A stretch of 52,950 nucleotides of DNA, taken from positions 1-52,950 of IMG/VR virus record IMGVR_UViG_3300048032_000821, one strand, 5' to 3'. The position numbers were made by a program, and so were the translations under genes. Position 1 is the first letter of the stretch; each line of letters begins with the position of its first letter. Shown here piece after piece: positions 1 to 8,359 of the stretch. The stretch comes from a virus. Lineage: Duplodnaviria > Caudoviricetes. The notes below the pieces were generated by a model. That model worked only from the letters and a program-made list of their open reading frames with translations, did not search any database and had not been told where the DNA came from.

Positions 1-2
1 CA

Positions 3-701
3 GATGCTCGTAACCTAGCAATCGACGAGATTCACTACAGCCTCGTCGATGTAATGTCTGACGGTGTTGTTCAGCCACACCCTGACATGTTCGCAACCAT
101 GTACATGGAATCAGACAATGGTGTCTACCGTAACATGCTTGGCATTCGTAACAGTCACAACAAACGCTTCGGTGCATCCGCATGTTCCGGTTCATCTGTT
201 CTCGTATGCAGTAACGGTTGCTTCTCTGGTGATCACATCATCTCCAGCAAGCACACCAAAAATGTACACGAATCATTCAACAATCGTGTATCTGACATGT
301 TCAATGGTGTCATCAATACATGGATCAAGAACGAACATCGATACAATGGATACAAAGCTACTGAGCTATCTGACTCAGACTTCGCTCAATTGCTTGGTGA
401 TGCTATCATCCACAAAGCAATCAACCCCAGCAAAGCTCGCAAAGTATTCGAAGAATATGTGGAACCTCGTCACGATGCATTCTCCGATCGCAATGCCTGG
501 TCTGCATTCAACGCATTTACTGAGATTCACAAAGAATCCCCAGTACAAATCGCTGACTCAGCCAAGCGTGGTATCGCACTGCACAATGTATTCGATCGTT
601 TCTGCAACAATCAAATCGAACATGAAATGTCATCATATGTTCCTGAGCTTGAATACAATCAATCTCAAGGTCAGCTACAACTCATAGATTCCAACAATTA
701 A
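3..701 (+). CDS. DUF932-like protein, 5'-truncated by the window edge
   Basis: LGIRNSHNK..SVLVCSNGCFSG and NAWSAFNAFTE motifs. The frame is open from position 3, upstream of ATG 54. Confidence 0.75.
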   Translation, partial: DARNLAIDEIHYSLVDVMSDGVVQPHPDMFATMYMESDNGVYRNMLGIRNSHNKRFGASACSGSSVLVCSNGCFSGDHIISSKHTKNVHESFNNRVSDMFNGVINTWIKNEHRYNGYKATELSDSDFAQLLGDAIIHKAINPSKARKVFEEYVEPRHDAFSDRNAWSAFNAFTEIHKESPVQIADSAKRGIALHNVFDRFCNNQIEHEMSSYVPELEYNQSQGQLQLIDSNN

Positions 702-786
702 TCTAGGATTCGCTCTAAAGATCCTGCGCAATCGTAAAAAACATACACCTGAGCAGATCACAGAAGCTAACCGCACTGTTGAAATC

Positions 787-918
787 ATGAACTCAATGCG
801 TATTTGCCCAATGTGCAATTCACGCATCATCTACTATAACCAGTACCAACTAGGGGGATGCTTCCCCTGTTTACAATGGAAAACAATAAAACCACACACC
901 AAATCACATGGTCTGTAG
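787..918 (+). CDS. Small Zn-ribbon protein (43 aa; the frame is open from 688)
   Basis: Manual translation MNSMRICPMCNSRIIYYNQYQLGGCFPCLQWKTIKPHTKSHGL has two CxxC pairs and fills the gap between two genes. Confidence 0.55.
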   Translation: MNSMRICPMCNSRIIYYNQYQLGGCFPCLQWKTIKPHTKSHGL

Positions 919-1649
919 GTAATTCAAAACTACCAAAACGAATCATACACCTCAGTCTGCCATCGGGTCATACATGTCCCGCAGCCGACCGATGCTTATC
1001 CAAAGCACATATGATCACCGGTAAGATTACCGACGGACCAAACTGTGAATTCAGATGCTATAGTGCCATGCAAGAAGCAATCTATACGCATCTCCGTAAT
1101 CAACGCTGGAACACCTTGTTCCGACTCAAAGGTGAGTCACGCAAGAAAATGTTCCAACTACTATCAGCATCGCTCAAGCGTAAGCATGACGCATACATTG
1201 CTGATCATGGCCAACGACCAATCATCCGTGCTCATGTAGGTGGTGACTTCTTCAATAAGTCCTACTTCCTAGCATGGATGGATCTGGCAAAAGCCTATGC
1301 TCCAACCTGGTTCTATGCATATACCAAACGCATCGACCTATGGCTTGAGAACATCGACCAGATACCACCCAACTTCGAGCTTAACGCATCATTTGGTGGT
1401 AAACATGATTCACTGATTGAGCCTAACAATCTCAAGTCAGCTCGCGTCGTCTACAGTATTGAAGAAGCAGAAAGACTTGGTCTTGAGCTCGATAAAGACG
1501 ACAGTCACGCATACACCCGCGGACCTAGCTTCGCTCAATTGATTCATGGCTGTCAACCAGCCAAATCTAAAGCAAGCAAAGCACTCGCACAACTCAAACA
1601 CGCAAATGGCTGGACAGGATATAATAAGCGTTCCAAGAGCGTGTCGTAA
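876..1649 (+). CDS. GP88-like phage protein
   Basis: GNSKL..SLPSGHTCP, CYSA, IRAHVGGDFF and FYAYTK motifs. ATG 876 chosen over 858. Confidence 0.75.
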   Translation: MENNKTTHQITWSVGNSKLPKRIIHLSLPSGHTCPAADRCLSKAHMITGKITDGPNCEFRCYSAMQEAIYTHLRNQRWNTLFRLKGESRKKMFQLLSASLKRKHDAYIADHGQRPIIRAHVGGDFFNKSYFLAWMDLAKAYAPTWFYAYTKRIDLWLENIDQIPPNFELNASFGGKHDSLIEPNNLKSARVVYSIEEAERLGLELDKDDSHAYTRGPSFAQLIHGCQPAKSKASKALAQLKHANGWTGYNKRSKSVS

Positions 1650-2283
1650 GCGTATCGAATCTTTCTTCCCTACAATTACACAGGAAGACAAGACTCGTTA
1701 CCTAAATGATTGGCAATCTATCATCCCAAGATCTGATCAACAGCATGTTAATCGTTATCGATTCGCATACTGCACTGTTCATACATCCTGGGCAAACAGC
1801 GTTGATCAATACAATGCTATCAAGCGTACCCATGCAGATACTACATACAACTCTCTGCTCCGTATGCTCAAGAATAGTCAAGGTGGTATGTATCAAATCA
1901 AAGCCACCGGTATTGATCATCTGCAATCGCTATGGACGAACAACAGACAATTGTTCACTCCAGATACAGACAACTGGCAAACTTGGCGTACTAAGCTTAG
2001 CAAAAATCTAAAAAAGCTAGGCTTAGCCAAAACCTCGTTTGCTATCGAAATGATCCGCCCGCTCGATGCACAAATCATCTGTATCGATCGTCACATGTTC
2101 AAAGCATTCGGTTGGGAAAATGTCGATTACGCATGCAGTTACGACCAGTACAAATACTACGAAGACTACTGGAACGAGCTCAGTAATCATTACGACATCC
2201 CACCCGTTATCTCACGCAACATGTTCTGGGATCAAATACAACAACAGCCTGATTCAATGTATTGGGCAAAATATCTAAACTAA
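1606..2283 (+). CDS. HhH-GPD superfamily DNA glycosylase/AP lyase (Ogg2-like)
   Basis: HhH motif LKKLGLAKTSF with Lys, followed by ICIDRH with the catalytic Asp, as in archaeal Ogg (GIGYKEASH..IIDRH). Start at 1606 is inferred. Confidence 0.65.
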   Translation: MAGQDIISVPRACRKRIESFFPTITQEDKTRYLNDWQSIIPRSDQQHVNRYRFAYCTVHTSWANSVDQYNAIKRTHADTTYNSLLRMLKNSQGGMYQIKATGIDHLQSLWTNNRQLFTPDTDNWQTWRTKLSKNLKKLGLAKTSFAIEMIRPLDAQIICIDRHMFKAFGWENVDYACSYDQYKYYEDYWNELSNHYDIPPVISRNMFWDQIQQQPDSMYWAKYLN

Positions 2284-2295
2284 CAACCACACACC

Positions 2296-3252
2296 ATGAC
2301 TAATATAGACTACGCACTCGGACCCTCATCGGTCTTCATCTACGACAGGCTCAACAACAAGCCTATCGAAATTACTAACGACAGACTGAACTACCAATCT
2401 ATCATCGAAGCAATCAAAGCAAACGATGAAGATCAAGTTCGTGATCTACTCAATGAGAATCAAGTTCTCAACAATGTATCCAACGGCAGAGTAACCGTAA
2501 CTGGTAACACTGTACTACTCGACGGTAGAGAATTACATTCTGCCGAAGCTAAAAAGCTAGTCGATCTAGTATCCGAAGGTGCTACCAACATTGATCGCTG
2601 GTTTCGTTTCATCGAGAAATTGTACAACAATCCAAGCTATCATTGCCGTGAGCAAGCATACAACTTCATTGCACACTCTGGTATGCCAATGACTGAGAAT
2701 GGTAATATCATCGGATACAAAGGAGTACGCGATGACTACAAAGATAAATACTCTGGCAAGTTCGACAACAGCGTCGGCCAAGTACTACGCATGTCACGCA
2801 CAGATGTTGACGACAATCCAAATAACGGATGTTCATCTGGCTTCCATGTCGGTTCACACGACTATGCAGACAGCTGGGCAGGCTCAGACGGTCGTCTCAT
2901 GATTGTCGAATACAGTCCTACTGACATTGTATCTGTACCCGACGAATCCGGATACGGTAAACTTCGTGTCAGCGAATACAAAGTTATCGCCGAGAGTTCA
3001 TCACGATCCAAACTCAATAACGGTAGCTACGGTGTTTCATCAGTTGACAGCAATGCATTGTTTGACTGGCTCGACAATCGTGTATGCGACAACCTGCCAG
3101 TTTACTACCGTGAAGTACAGCATGCATTCCCAAATGTAACAATGTCTGATGTACGCGACTGTATCATGGACAACAGCGAATACCATCCTGACTTCACATT
3201 CGATTCTGAACTTAACGATTACACAATCAAGTTCCAGTATCTTCCATCCTAA
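2296..3252 (+). CDS. rIIB: rIIB-like protein
   Basis: YKGVRDDYKD..GKFDNSVG..MSRTDVDDNP..CSSGFHVG..DIVSVP..KLRVSEY is the conserved rIIB C-terminal domain. Confidence 0.85.
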   Translation: MTNIDYALGPSSVFIYDRLNNKPIEITNDRLNYQSIIEAIKANDEDQVRDLLNENQVLNNVSNGRVTVTGNTVLLDGRELHSAEAKKLVDLVSEGATNIDRWFRFIEKLYNNPSYHCREQAYNFIAHSGMPMTENGNIIGYKGVRDDYKDKYSGKFDNSVGQVLRMSRTDVDDNPNNGCSSGFHVGSHDYADSWAGSDGRLMIVEYSPTDIVSVPDESGYGKLRVSEYKVIAESSSRSKLNNGSYGVSSVDSNALFDWLDNRVCDNLPVYYREVQHAFPNVTMSDVRDCIMDNSEYHPDFTFDSELNDYTIKFQYLPS

Positions 3253-3262
3253 CCACACACCA

Positions 3263-3292
3263 TATGACCTGAGCATGTCATAAAACTGCTCA
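3263..3292 (+). promoter_or_regulatory. H-type RNA pseudoknot in the rIIA leader
   Basis: Stem 1 TATGAC(3263-68)/GTCATA(3277-82); stem 2 TGAGCA(3270-75)/TGCTCA(3287-92). Confidence 0.6.
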
Positions 3293-3313
3293 TACACACC
3301 AAAAATAACTACT

Positions 3314-5443
3314 ATGAAATTATCAACTAATACAACTAACTACTCTACTACTATTAATAAATCAGCAGACTTCGGTATCGAAGACTCAGATCTATCCCAC
3401 ATCATGGGCATACTCAGATCTCAGATCTATTCAGATAAACTGCTCGCGGTTATTCGCGAATATTCTACCAATGCTGTAGATGCAAATACTGAAGCAAACA
3501 ACACCAATCCAATCAGTATTATATTACCAACCATACAGGATCCAACACTATCATTCCGTGACTTCGGTAATGGTTTATCTGATGAAGAAGTATGCAATCT
3601 ATATGTCAAATATGGTGCATCTACTAAACGATCATCCAATGATTATACTGGCTGTCTCGGTATCGGATGCAAAGCTGGCTTCGCATACGGCGATTCATTC
3701 CAAGTAATCAGCTATACCAAATCACATATTACTACATGGCTTGCTCGTATTGATGAATCTCAGCGTGGTACAATCAGCCTGTTGCACAAAGAACCAAACA
3801 CTAATCGACCAACAGGTACAGATGTTCGTGTATCCATTCGCAAAGATGACATTGATTCATGCGTATCCAAAGCAAAAGAGTTCTTCAAATACTGGAAGAT
3901 TCAACCGCATTGTAATCTTGAGCTTAGTAAGATCAATATCATTGAATCAACAGATGACTGGGCAATACAAGCTGATAAATCAGGTCATTATCAATACGCT
4001 CGTAACTACGGCGGTGCCAGTCTTGTCATGGGTAACATTCGCTATCCAATCGATCACAATCAACTCAATATCAACAACGATGCCGGTCTTCTCGCACAAT
4101 CTAACAGTGTAATATTGTACGCACCACTCGGTACTGTCGACATCGCTGCCAATCGTGAGTCTCTCGAATATACCGATCGTACACGCAATGCACTTGTAGC
4201 AATGACAAATAACATGCTCATCGATCTGATATCTCGCACAACCAAATGGGTTTCAAGTGCACCCAGTCGTATCAAAGCATCTATATCTGCTGACAAATAT
4301 GCATCAGTATTACCCAATCAATTGCATCGTACAATTGTATCAAAATGTACATGGCAAAATCTGCCACTGCTCAACACAATCAAATTCGGACCATCAAGTA
4401 TCAAGTGTCACGAGCGTACTACATCCTGGCGAGCATCAGATAATACCTATCGTAACAGCTCTAGCGATGCTACCTCATGCGGTCTTACTAAACATGTTAA
4501 ACTTGTTGTATACTCAGATGACAAGATTGCAGTATCCAATGCTACACGAAGAATCAGAACTCTTCAGCATGAATCAACTACTGCAAACGAAGATAAATAC
4601 TATGTAATTCCTCGTAGCCGTCTTAATGAAGTTACACCTCAACTCACTCCAGATGACTATACAAATCTTGATAACATTGATCCGCTCAAACCAACACGCA
4701 CAGCCAGCACTATCACAAATAATACTACTAAAAAATCTGTTCGTATCAATGTCTGCGAAATTAAACCTAATACATTAAAATCATCAAGATTGTCAGAAGA
4801 GGTTACTCCTACACCTATGGATGACGGACGCTATGTCTATGTACCACTCGATCGTTTCGACTGGCTCGACAAAGCTGATGCTCTCGATCATCTCGATAAC
4901 ATTCGTCAAGCACTCAACTATCTACACTGCAACGGTGCCGAGAAAAACAAACCTGTCATTCATGGTGTCAAAAAACATCATGTCAAAAAACTGGATGATC
5001 AATGGATTACGCTTGATACATATCTCGCTGAATTGTTTACAGCATGGCAATTGAACAACCAACATGATGCCGACTTATATGCAAAAGTAACATCCAAAGC
5101 TATGCACAGTCTACCCGAAAAAGACATGGCAAATATACTATCACAATCACCCGATCTAGACATCGCACTATTCGGGTATGTCGTACAAACATTCCATAAA
5201 AACTCACGATATAATTATGGTAATACTGATCTGACTAACAGTAATGACATCATCAACCTATACAATGTCATGATCCGTCTTCAACTAACTGACCGGTCAA
5301 ATTATCTAACCGACATGTCAGAGTATATGAGTAAACACTATCCATTGCTCGATATCATGAGCATTAGACAGTGGGCAGATAACAAAGACGATATCGCCAG
5401 ACATATCCACAAATATATCAACGCAGTAAGAGATCTAATATAA
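3314..5443 (+). CDS. rIIA: rIIA-like protein with N-terminal GHKL ATPase
   Basis: IYSDKLLAVIREYSTNAVDA, RDFGNGL and YGASTK..GCLGIGCK GHKL motifs; DIAANRESL; adjacent to rIIB. Confidence 0.85.
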   Translation: MKLSTNTTNYSTTINKSADFGIEDSDLSHIMGILRSQIYSDKLLAVIREYSTNAVDANTEANNTNPISIILPTIQDPTLSFRDFGNGLSDEEVCNLYVKYGASTKRSSNDYTGCLGIGCKAGFAYGDSFQVISYTKSHITTWLARIDESQRGTISLLHKEPNTNRPTGTDVRVSIRKDDIDSCVSKAKEFFKYWKIQPHCNLELSKINIIESTDDWAIQADKSGHYQYARNYGGASLVMGNIRYPIDHNQLNINNDAGLLAQSNSVILYAPLGTVDIAANRESLEYTDRTRNALVAMTNNMLIDLISRTTKWVSSAPSRIKASISADKYASVLPNQLHRTIVSKCTWQNLPLLNTIKFGPSSIKCHERTTSWRASDNTYRNSSSDATSCGLTKHVKLVVYSDDKIAVSNATRRIRTLQHESTTANEDKYYVIPRSRLNEVTPQLTPDDYTNLDNIDPLKPTRTASTITNNTTKKSVRINVCEIKPNTLKSSRLSEEVTPTPMDDGRYVYVPLDRFDWLDKADALDHLDNIRQALNYLHCNGAEKNKPVIHGVKKHHVKKLDDQWITLDTYLAELFTAWQLNNQHDADLYAKVTSKAMHSLPEKDMANILSQSPDLDIALFGYVVQTFHKNSRYNYGNTDLTNSNDIINLYNVMIRLQLTDRSNYLTDMSEYMSKHYPLLDIMSIRQWADNKDDIARHIHKYINAVRDLI

Positions 5444-5703
5444 TGAAGGAATTAACTATACCAACATCTGAGCTTAAATGCTTAACCTTCACTAGAGAAA
5501 TGGGATTATATCAAAAACACGGAACAGTCCCAGGCTCTGAATACGATGACATGCCCTACATACCAGGTCGAGGATCTAAACACATGTATGAATATATACA
5601 AGTCATCGTACCAGACTACTTCGTAGAAGAATGCAATCTATGTATGAATGTAAGACGCTGGGATCTTGATACAATAGAAAATTATACAAAAAATAACTCA
5701 TGA
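5443..5703 (+). CDS. Hypothetical protein
   Basis: 86-aa ORF with TAATG overlap to rIIA. Confidence 0.7.
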   Translation: MKELTIPTSELKCLTFTREMGLYQKHGTVPGSEYDDMPYIPGRGSKHMYEYIQVIVPDYFVEECNLCMNVRRWDLDTIENYTKNNS

Positions 5704-6047
5704 ATATTCACACACCATTACCGTACAGCTTTGCCACTAATCGTGGCACTGCTTCCAAACTACAATTCCACGCCATTGATGCACCTATGCACAGTGCAAG
5801 TTGTAACAAGCCAGATCTACCACGCGATACTGTATGTATATCTAAAAGTGCATACAATGTTCACTACCGTGTACAATGGGGACACGATAACTGGAGTTAT
5901 ACTCAAGTTGATGTTCCTCAAAAAGTTGGCAATCAACAAGGAACTGTGTGGTTAACAGGTGGCTCACCATCCATCGATAAACACAATGATGTCATGGACA
6001 CAGTAAAATCTTTGCATCCAATGGTGATGCAGTTGTTCAGTTCGTAG
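5700..6047 (+). CDS. Hypothetical protein
   Basis: 115-aa ORF with ATGA overlap, followed by a terminator. Confidence 0.7.
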   Translation: MNIHTPLPYSFATNRGTASKLQFHAIDAPMHSASCNKPDLPRDTVCISKSAYNVHYRVQWGHDNWSYTQVDVPQKVGNQQGTVWLTGGSPSIDKHNDVMDTVKSLHPMVMQLFSS

Positions 6048-6057
6048 CATAATAGTT

Positions 6058-6097
6058 AGCCCTGTCAGCACACATCGTGTTGGCAGGGTTTTCTTTT
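6058..6097 (+). terminator. Rho-independent terminator
   Basis: AGCCCTGTCAGCAC-acatc-GTGTTGGCAGGGTT stem (with G-U pairs) plus TTCTTTT. Confidence 0.8.
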
Positions 6098-6352
6098 GTC
6101 CCGAGTCATCATGGCTAGCTTACTATCATACATTCCAATATTCGAATACTTCACAGCTCAAGTCTGTTTATCTATGCGTTCCATATCTGCCTATCCGTTC
6201 GTTTATGCACAGGGTGAATCCTTCCCCACAACACGGGGCTCAAGTCAGGATTTTAAGATCCTATGGGGTGAGGAGAGAGGCAGGCATCCGTACAGTTCGG
6301 TTCGCTTGTATCACAATCAACTAATTCGTTCCCTCTCGATTCATTACTAACT

Positions 6353-6727
6353 ATGCCTACTATCGCTAACTTAATCGCTAAGTCTCAACTCTCCGCAGGT
6401 ACTCACTCTCTTCGTCTTGTTAAAGCAACACATGATGCTAATAACGGGAGAATTGCCATTCTCTTCGGTTCCAATGAGCATGAGGGTCTTGCGTCTGAGT
6501 CAGTGATGCCTGATCAGCTTGATTGGGTGTTGCCAATTTGGATGAGCAAACTCGGTAACTCAGTTTCCTTTGATCTTGAAACTGATTTCGATTCCGATTT
6601 TGCCATGCGTGAATCAATCGTTGCATCTCTCAATGATGCCGTTGGTGAGTACTTTGATATGGTTGTCGAAGAAGCTGACCTTGCTCCACTCAATGGTACT
6701 AAGCTCTTCAATTGTACCTTCGCCTAA
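6353..6727 (+). CDS. Acidic hypothetical protein, possibly an OB-fold SSB-like protein
   Basis: 124 aa with codon choice like the capsid gene (GCT/CTT/ACT-rich). AGTHSLRL and LNDAVGEYFDMVV loosely resemble DUF669-type proteins; function is speculative. Confidence 0.7.
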   Translation: MPTIANLIAKSQLSAGTHSLRLVKATHDANNGRIAILFGSNEHEGLASESVMPDQLDWVLPIWMSKLGNSVSFDLETDFDSDFAMRESIVASLNDAVGEYFDMVVEEADLAPLNGTKLFNCTFA

Positions 6728-6739
6728 TCCATCAATCTT

Positions 6740-6770
6740 GGGCAGGCAGAGTCCGATCCTCTGTCTGTCC
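6740..6770 (+). other. Intergenic 12-bp hairpin without U-tract (processing or stability element)
   Basis: GGGCAGGCAGAG-tccgatc-CTCTGTCTGTCC. Confidence 0.5.
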
Positions 6771-6817
6771 GCTAATCATTTACTAATTCTGATCCACACA
6801 CCAACTAACTCACTATC

Positions 6818-7306
6818 ATGAAATACTACGACGAATTTGATAACGGACAATTGTGTGCATACAAACATGCATTACACATAATCCAAGATCTTTATAAAAA
6901 ATTAGAAGATCCTGAAACAAACGGAGAACTTGCTGAAATATCTTATCAAGAACAATATACAGCACACCAAGCTAAAAAAGATATACTCGATAAAGCGAAA
7001 GCAGAAATAAAACAACAATTTCAAAGCGTACAAGATAATAACTACACCGATGACGATCAGTATAAAAATAAAGATGCACACGCTTTGTACAATGAAAAAG
7101 CCTGTGAAGAAGTCTCTCAAGACCTTACAACATCTCTAAGTGATCTTTTAGATGAAGCAACAGAAGAAAACGACTTCTCAATCTTCAGCGATATGACACC
7201 TGAACAACTCGGTAAACGAGGTTGGACATGGGAAGTTGGTAAAGGAATGGTAAGAAAACCTAAACCTTGCTGTCCACATTGTCATCAAAAGCTATGGTGG
7301 GAATAA
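6818..7306 (+). CDS. Hypothetical protein with C-terminal CCPHC
   Basis: 162-aa ORF preceded by a CCACACACC motif and followed by a terminator. Confidence 0.75.
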   Translation: MKYYDEFDNGQLCAYKHALHIIQDLYKKLEDPETNGELAEISYQEQYTAHQAKKDILDKAKAEIKQQFQSVQDNNYTDDDQYKNKDAHALYNEKACEEVSQDLTTSLSDLLDEATEENDFSIFSDMTPEQLGKRGWTWEVGKGMVRKPKPCCPHCHQKLWWE

Positions 7307-7314
7307 CACCAAAC

Positions 7315-7350
7315 GACCTCGATACTATCACGGTATCGGGGTCTTTTTTT
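7315..7350 (+). terminator. Rho-independent terminator
   Basis: GACCTCGATAC-tatcacg-GTATCGGGGTC plus T7. Confidence 0.85.
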
Positions 7351-7369
7351 GTCCCGAGTCATTAAAGAC

Positions 7370-7460
7370 AGAGGGCGAGGCATCAGCCCCTTCGCACTTA
7401 ACGGAAGCAAGCTTCCGAGTGCTGGTGCCCTGATGCCCAAGCCGTGATGCCTCGCCCTCT
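7370..7460. repeat. Perfect 16-bp inverted repeat enclosing a nested hairpin
   Basis: AGAGGGCGAGGCATCA (7370-85) / TGATGCCTCGCCCTCT (7445-60), with inner GCACT..CGGAAG-caag-CTTCCG-AGTGC. Confidence 0.85.
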
Positions 7461-7490
7461 AATAAGTGGTCACGAGCAAGCTCGCTCCGA

Positions 7491-7520
7491 TTGACAGAAT
7501 CCGCCACTGCCACATATCTT
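7491..7520 (+). promoter_or_regulatory. Sigma70-like promoter
   Basis: TTGACA-N18-TATCTT. Confidence 0.55.
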
Positions 7521-7789
7521 GTGGCGTAAATCAACTGAGGGTAAGGGACGCCTACATCCGCCGACCTCAAACCCAAGCCTTCGACCGGATTGTGAATCCT
7601 GTGCGTTAAAGTACGCAAGTCCTTGGTGAACAGCTAGTTGCCAAAGTCAATATCGACATCGGTGCACAATCCGTGCTGTTTGCTCACAGTAATACCACCC
7701 CCCACATCCCGCGGGGTACCACTATCACTACCACTCGCAGTCGCCTATCAATCACAGAAATAAAAAAGTATCTTTTTGAAGGCGCCCCC

Positions 7790-7825
7790 CAACCGGTGGT
7801 AGGTGGGGTACCAAAATAGTAGCCT
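7790..7825 (+). promoter_or_regulatory. Late-type promoter (CAACCGR family)
   Basis: CAACCGG-TGGTAG-N17-TAGCCT, 8 nt before ATG 7834. Confidence 0.55.
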
Positions 7826-7833
7826 GTATAACA

Positions 7834-7989
7834 ATGAGGACTCCTTTGCTGCTAATTTTGCTGGCGCTTACCGGGTGTGAAACCCACAGGCACCAACACT
7901 ATTGGTATCACCAGAAGCAGTATATCGAGTTAATTCCACTTGAATCGAAAAAAGAATCACCAACACATGGCAAGCAAGCAAGTAACTAG
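7834..7989 (+). CDS. Small lipoprotein (51 aa, not in the ORF track)
   Basis: MRTPLLLILLALTG-C-ETHRHQHYWYHQKQYIELIPLESKKESPTHGKQASN: basic N-terminus, hydrophobic core, lipobox LTGC. Confidence 0.65.
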   Translation: MRTPLLLILLALTGCETHRHQHYWYHQKQYIELIPLESKKESPTHGKQASN

Positions 7990-8359
7990 ATTACGCGAAG
8001 ACATTCATCAGTTTATTAAGGATGAAGACTTTGAATTAGCGATGAACGCCCTTCGCGAAGGGCTCGGAGCTATGCAAACAGTTAGAAAAAACCGTGCAGA
8101 TGGTGAAAGAGGCGTGGAATATGCCGAAAAACCCTGCCATACGGTTCGATTAACCGCAGCAAAACTCATGCTTGAGTACGGATTCGGTAAACCAGCCACG
8201 AGAGCTGAGATTACAGTTAACGATAACAGTGCAAAATCGGTAACTCCGGCCGAAATTATGTCCAGATTCCGTCAATCAGGTGTTGATTTGAACGAAATCG
8301 TCGATGTTTACGCAGAATCTGTGCATGAAGTGCCCGTTGAGCTCGAAAATCATGAATGA
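7967..8359 (+). CDS. Putative terminase small subunit
   Basis: VRLTAAKLMLEYGFGKP helix motif typical of TerS; first conserved gene of the packaging module. ATG 7967. Confidence 0.65.
   Translation: MASKQVTRLREDIHQFIKDEDFELAMNALREGLGAMQTVRKNRADGERGVEYAEKPCHTVRLTAAKLMLEYGFGKPATRAEITVNDNSAKSVTPAEIMSRFRQSGVDLNEIVDVYAESVHEVPVELENHE

Noticed and set aside
64-687. 207-aa alternative-frame ORF overlapping the DUF932-like gene, ending in a TAG just before another open stretch
   Set aside because: No protein-like motifs; it is explained as a shadow of the G-poor codon bias. TAG ends other genes normally, so recoding is not supported.
7328-7618. 96-aa minus-strand ORF
   Set aside because: It has a TTG start, lies across a terminator and perfect inverted repeats, and runs opposite to all neighbours.
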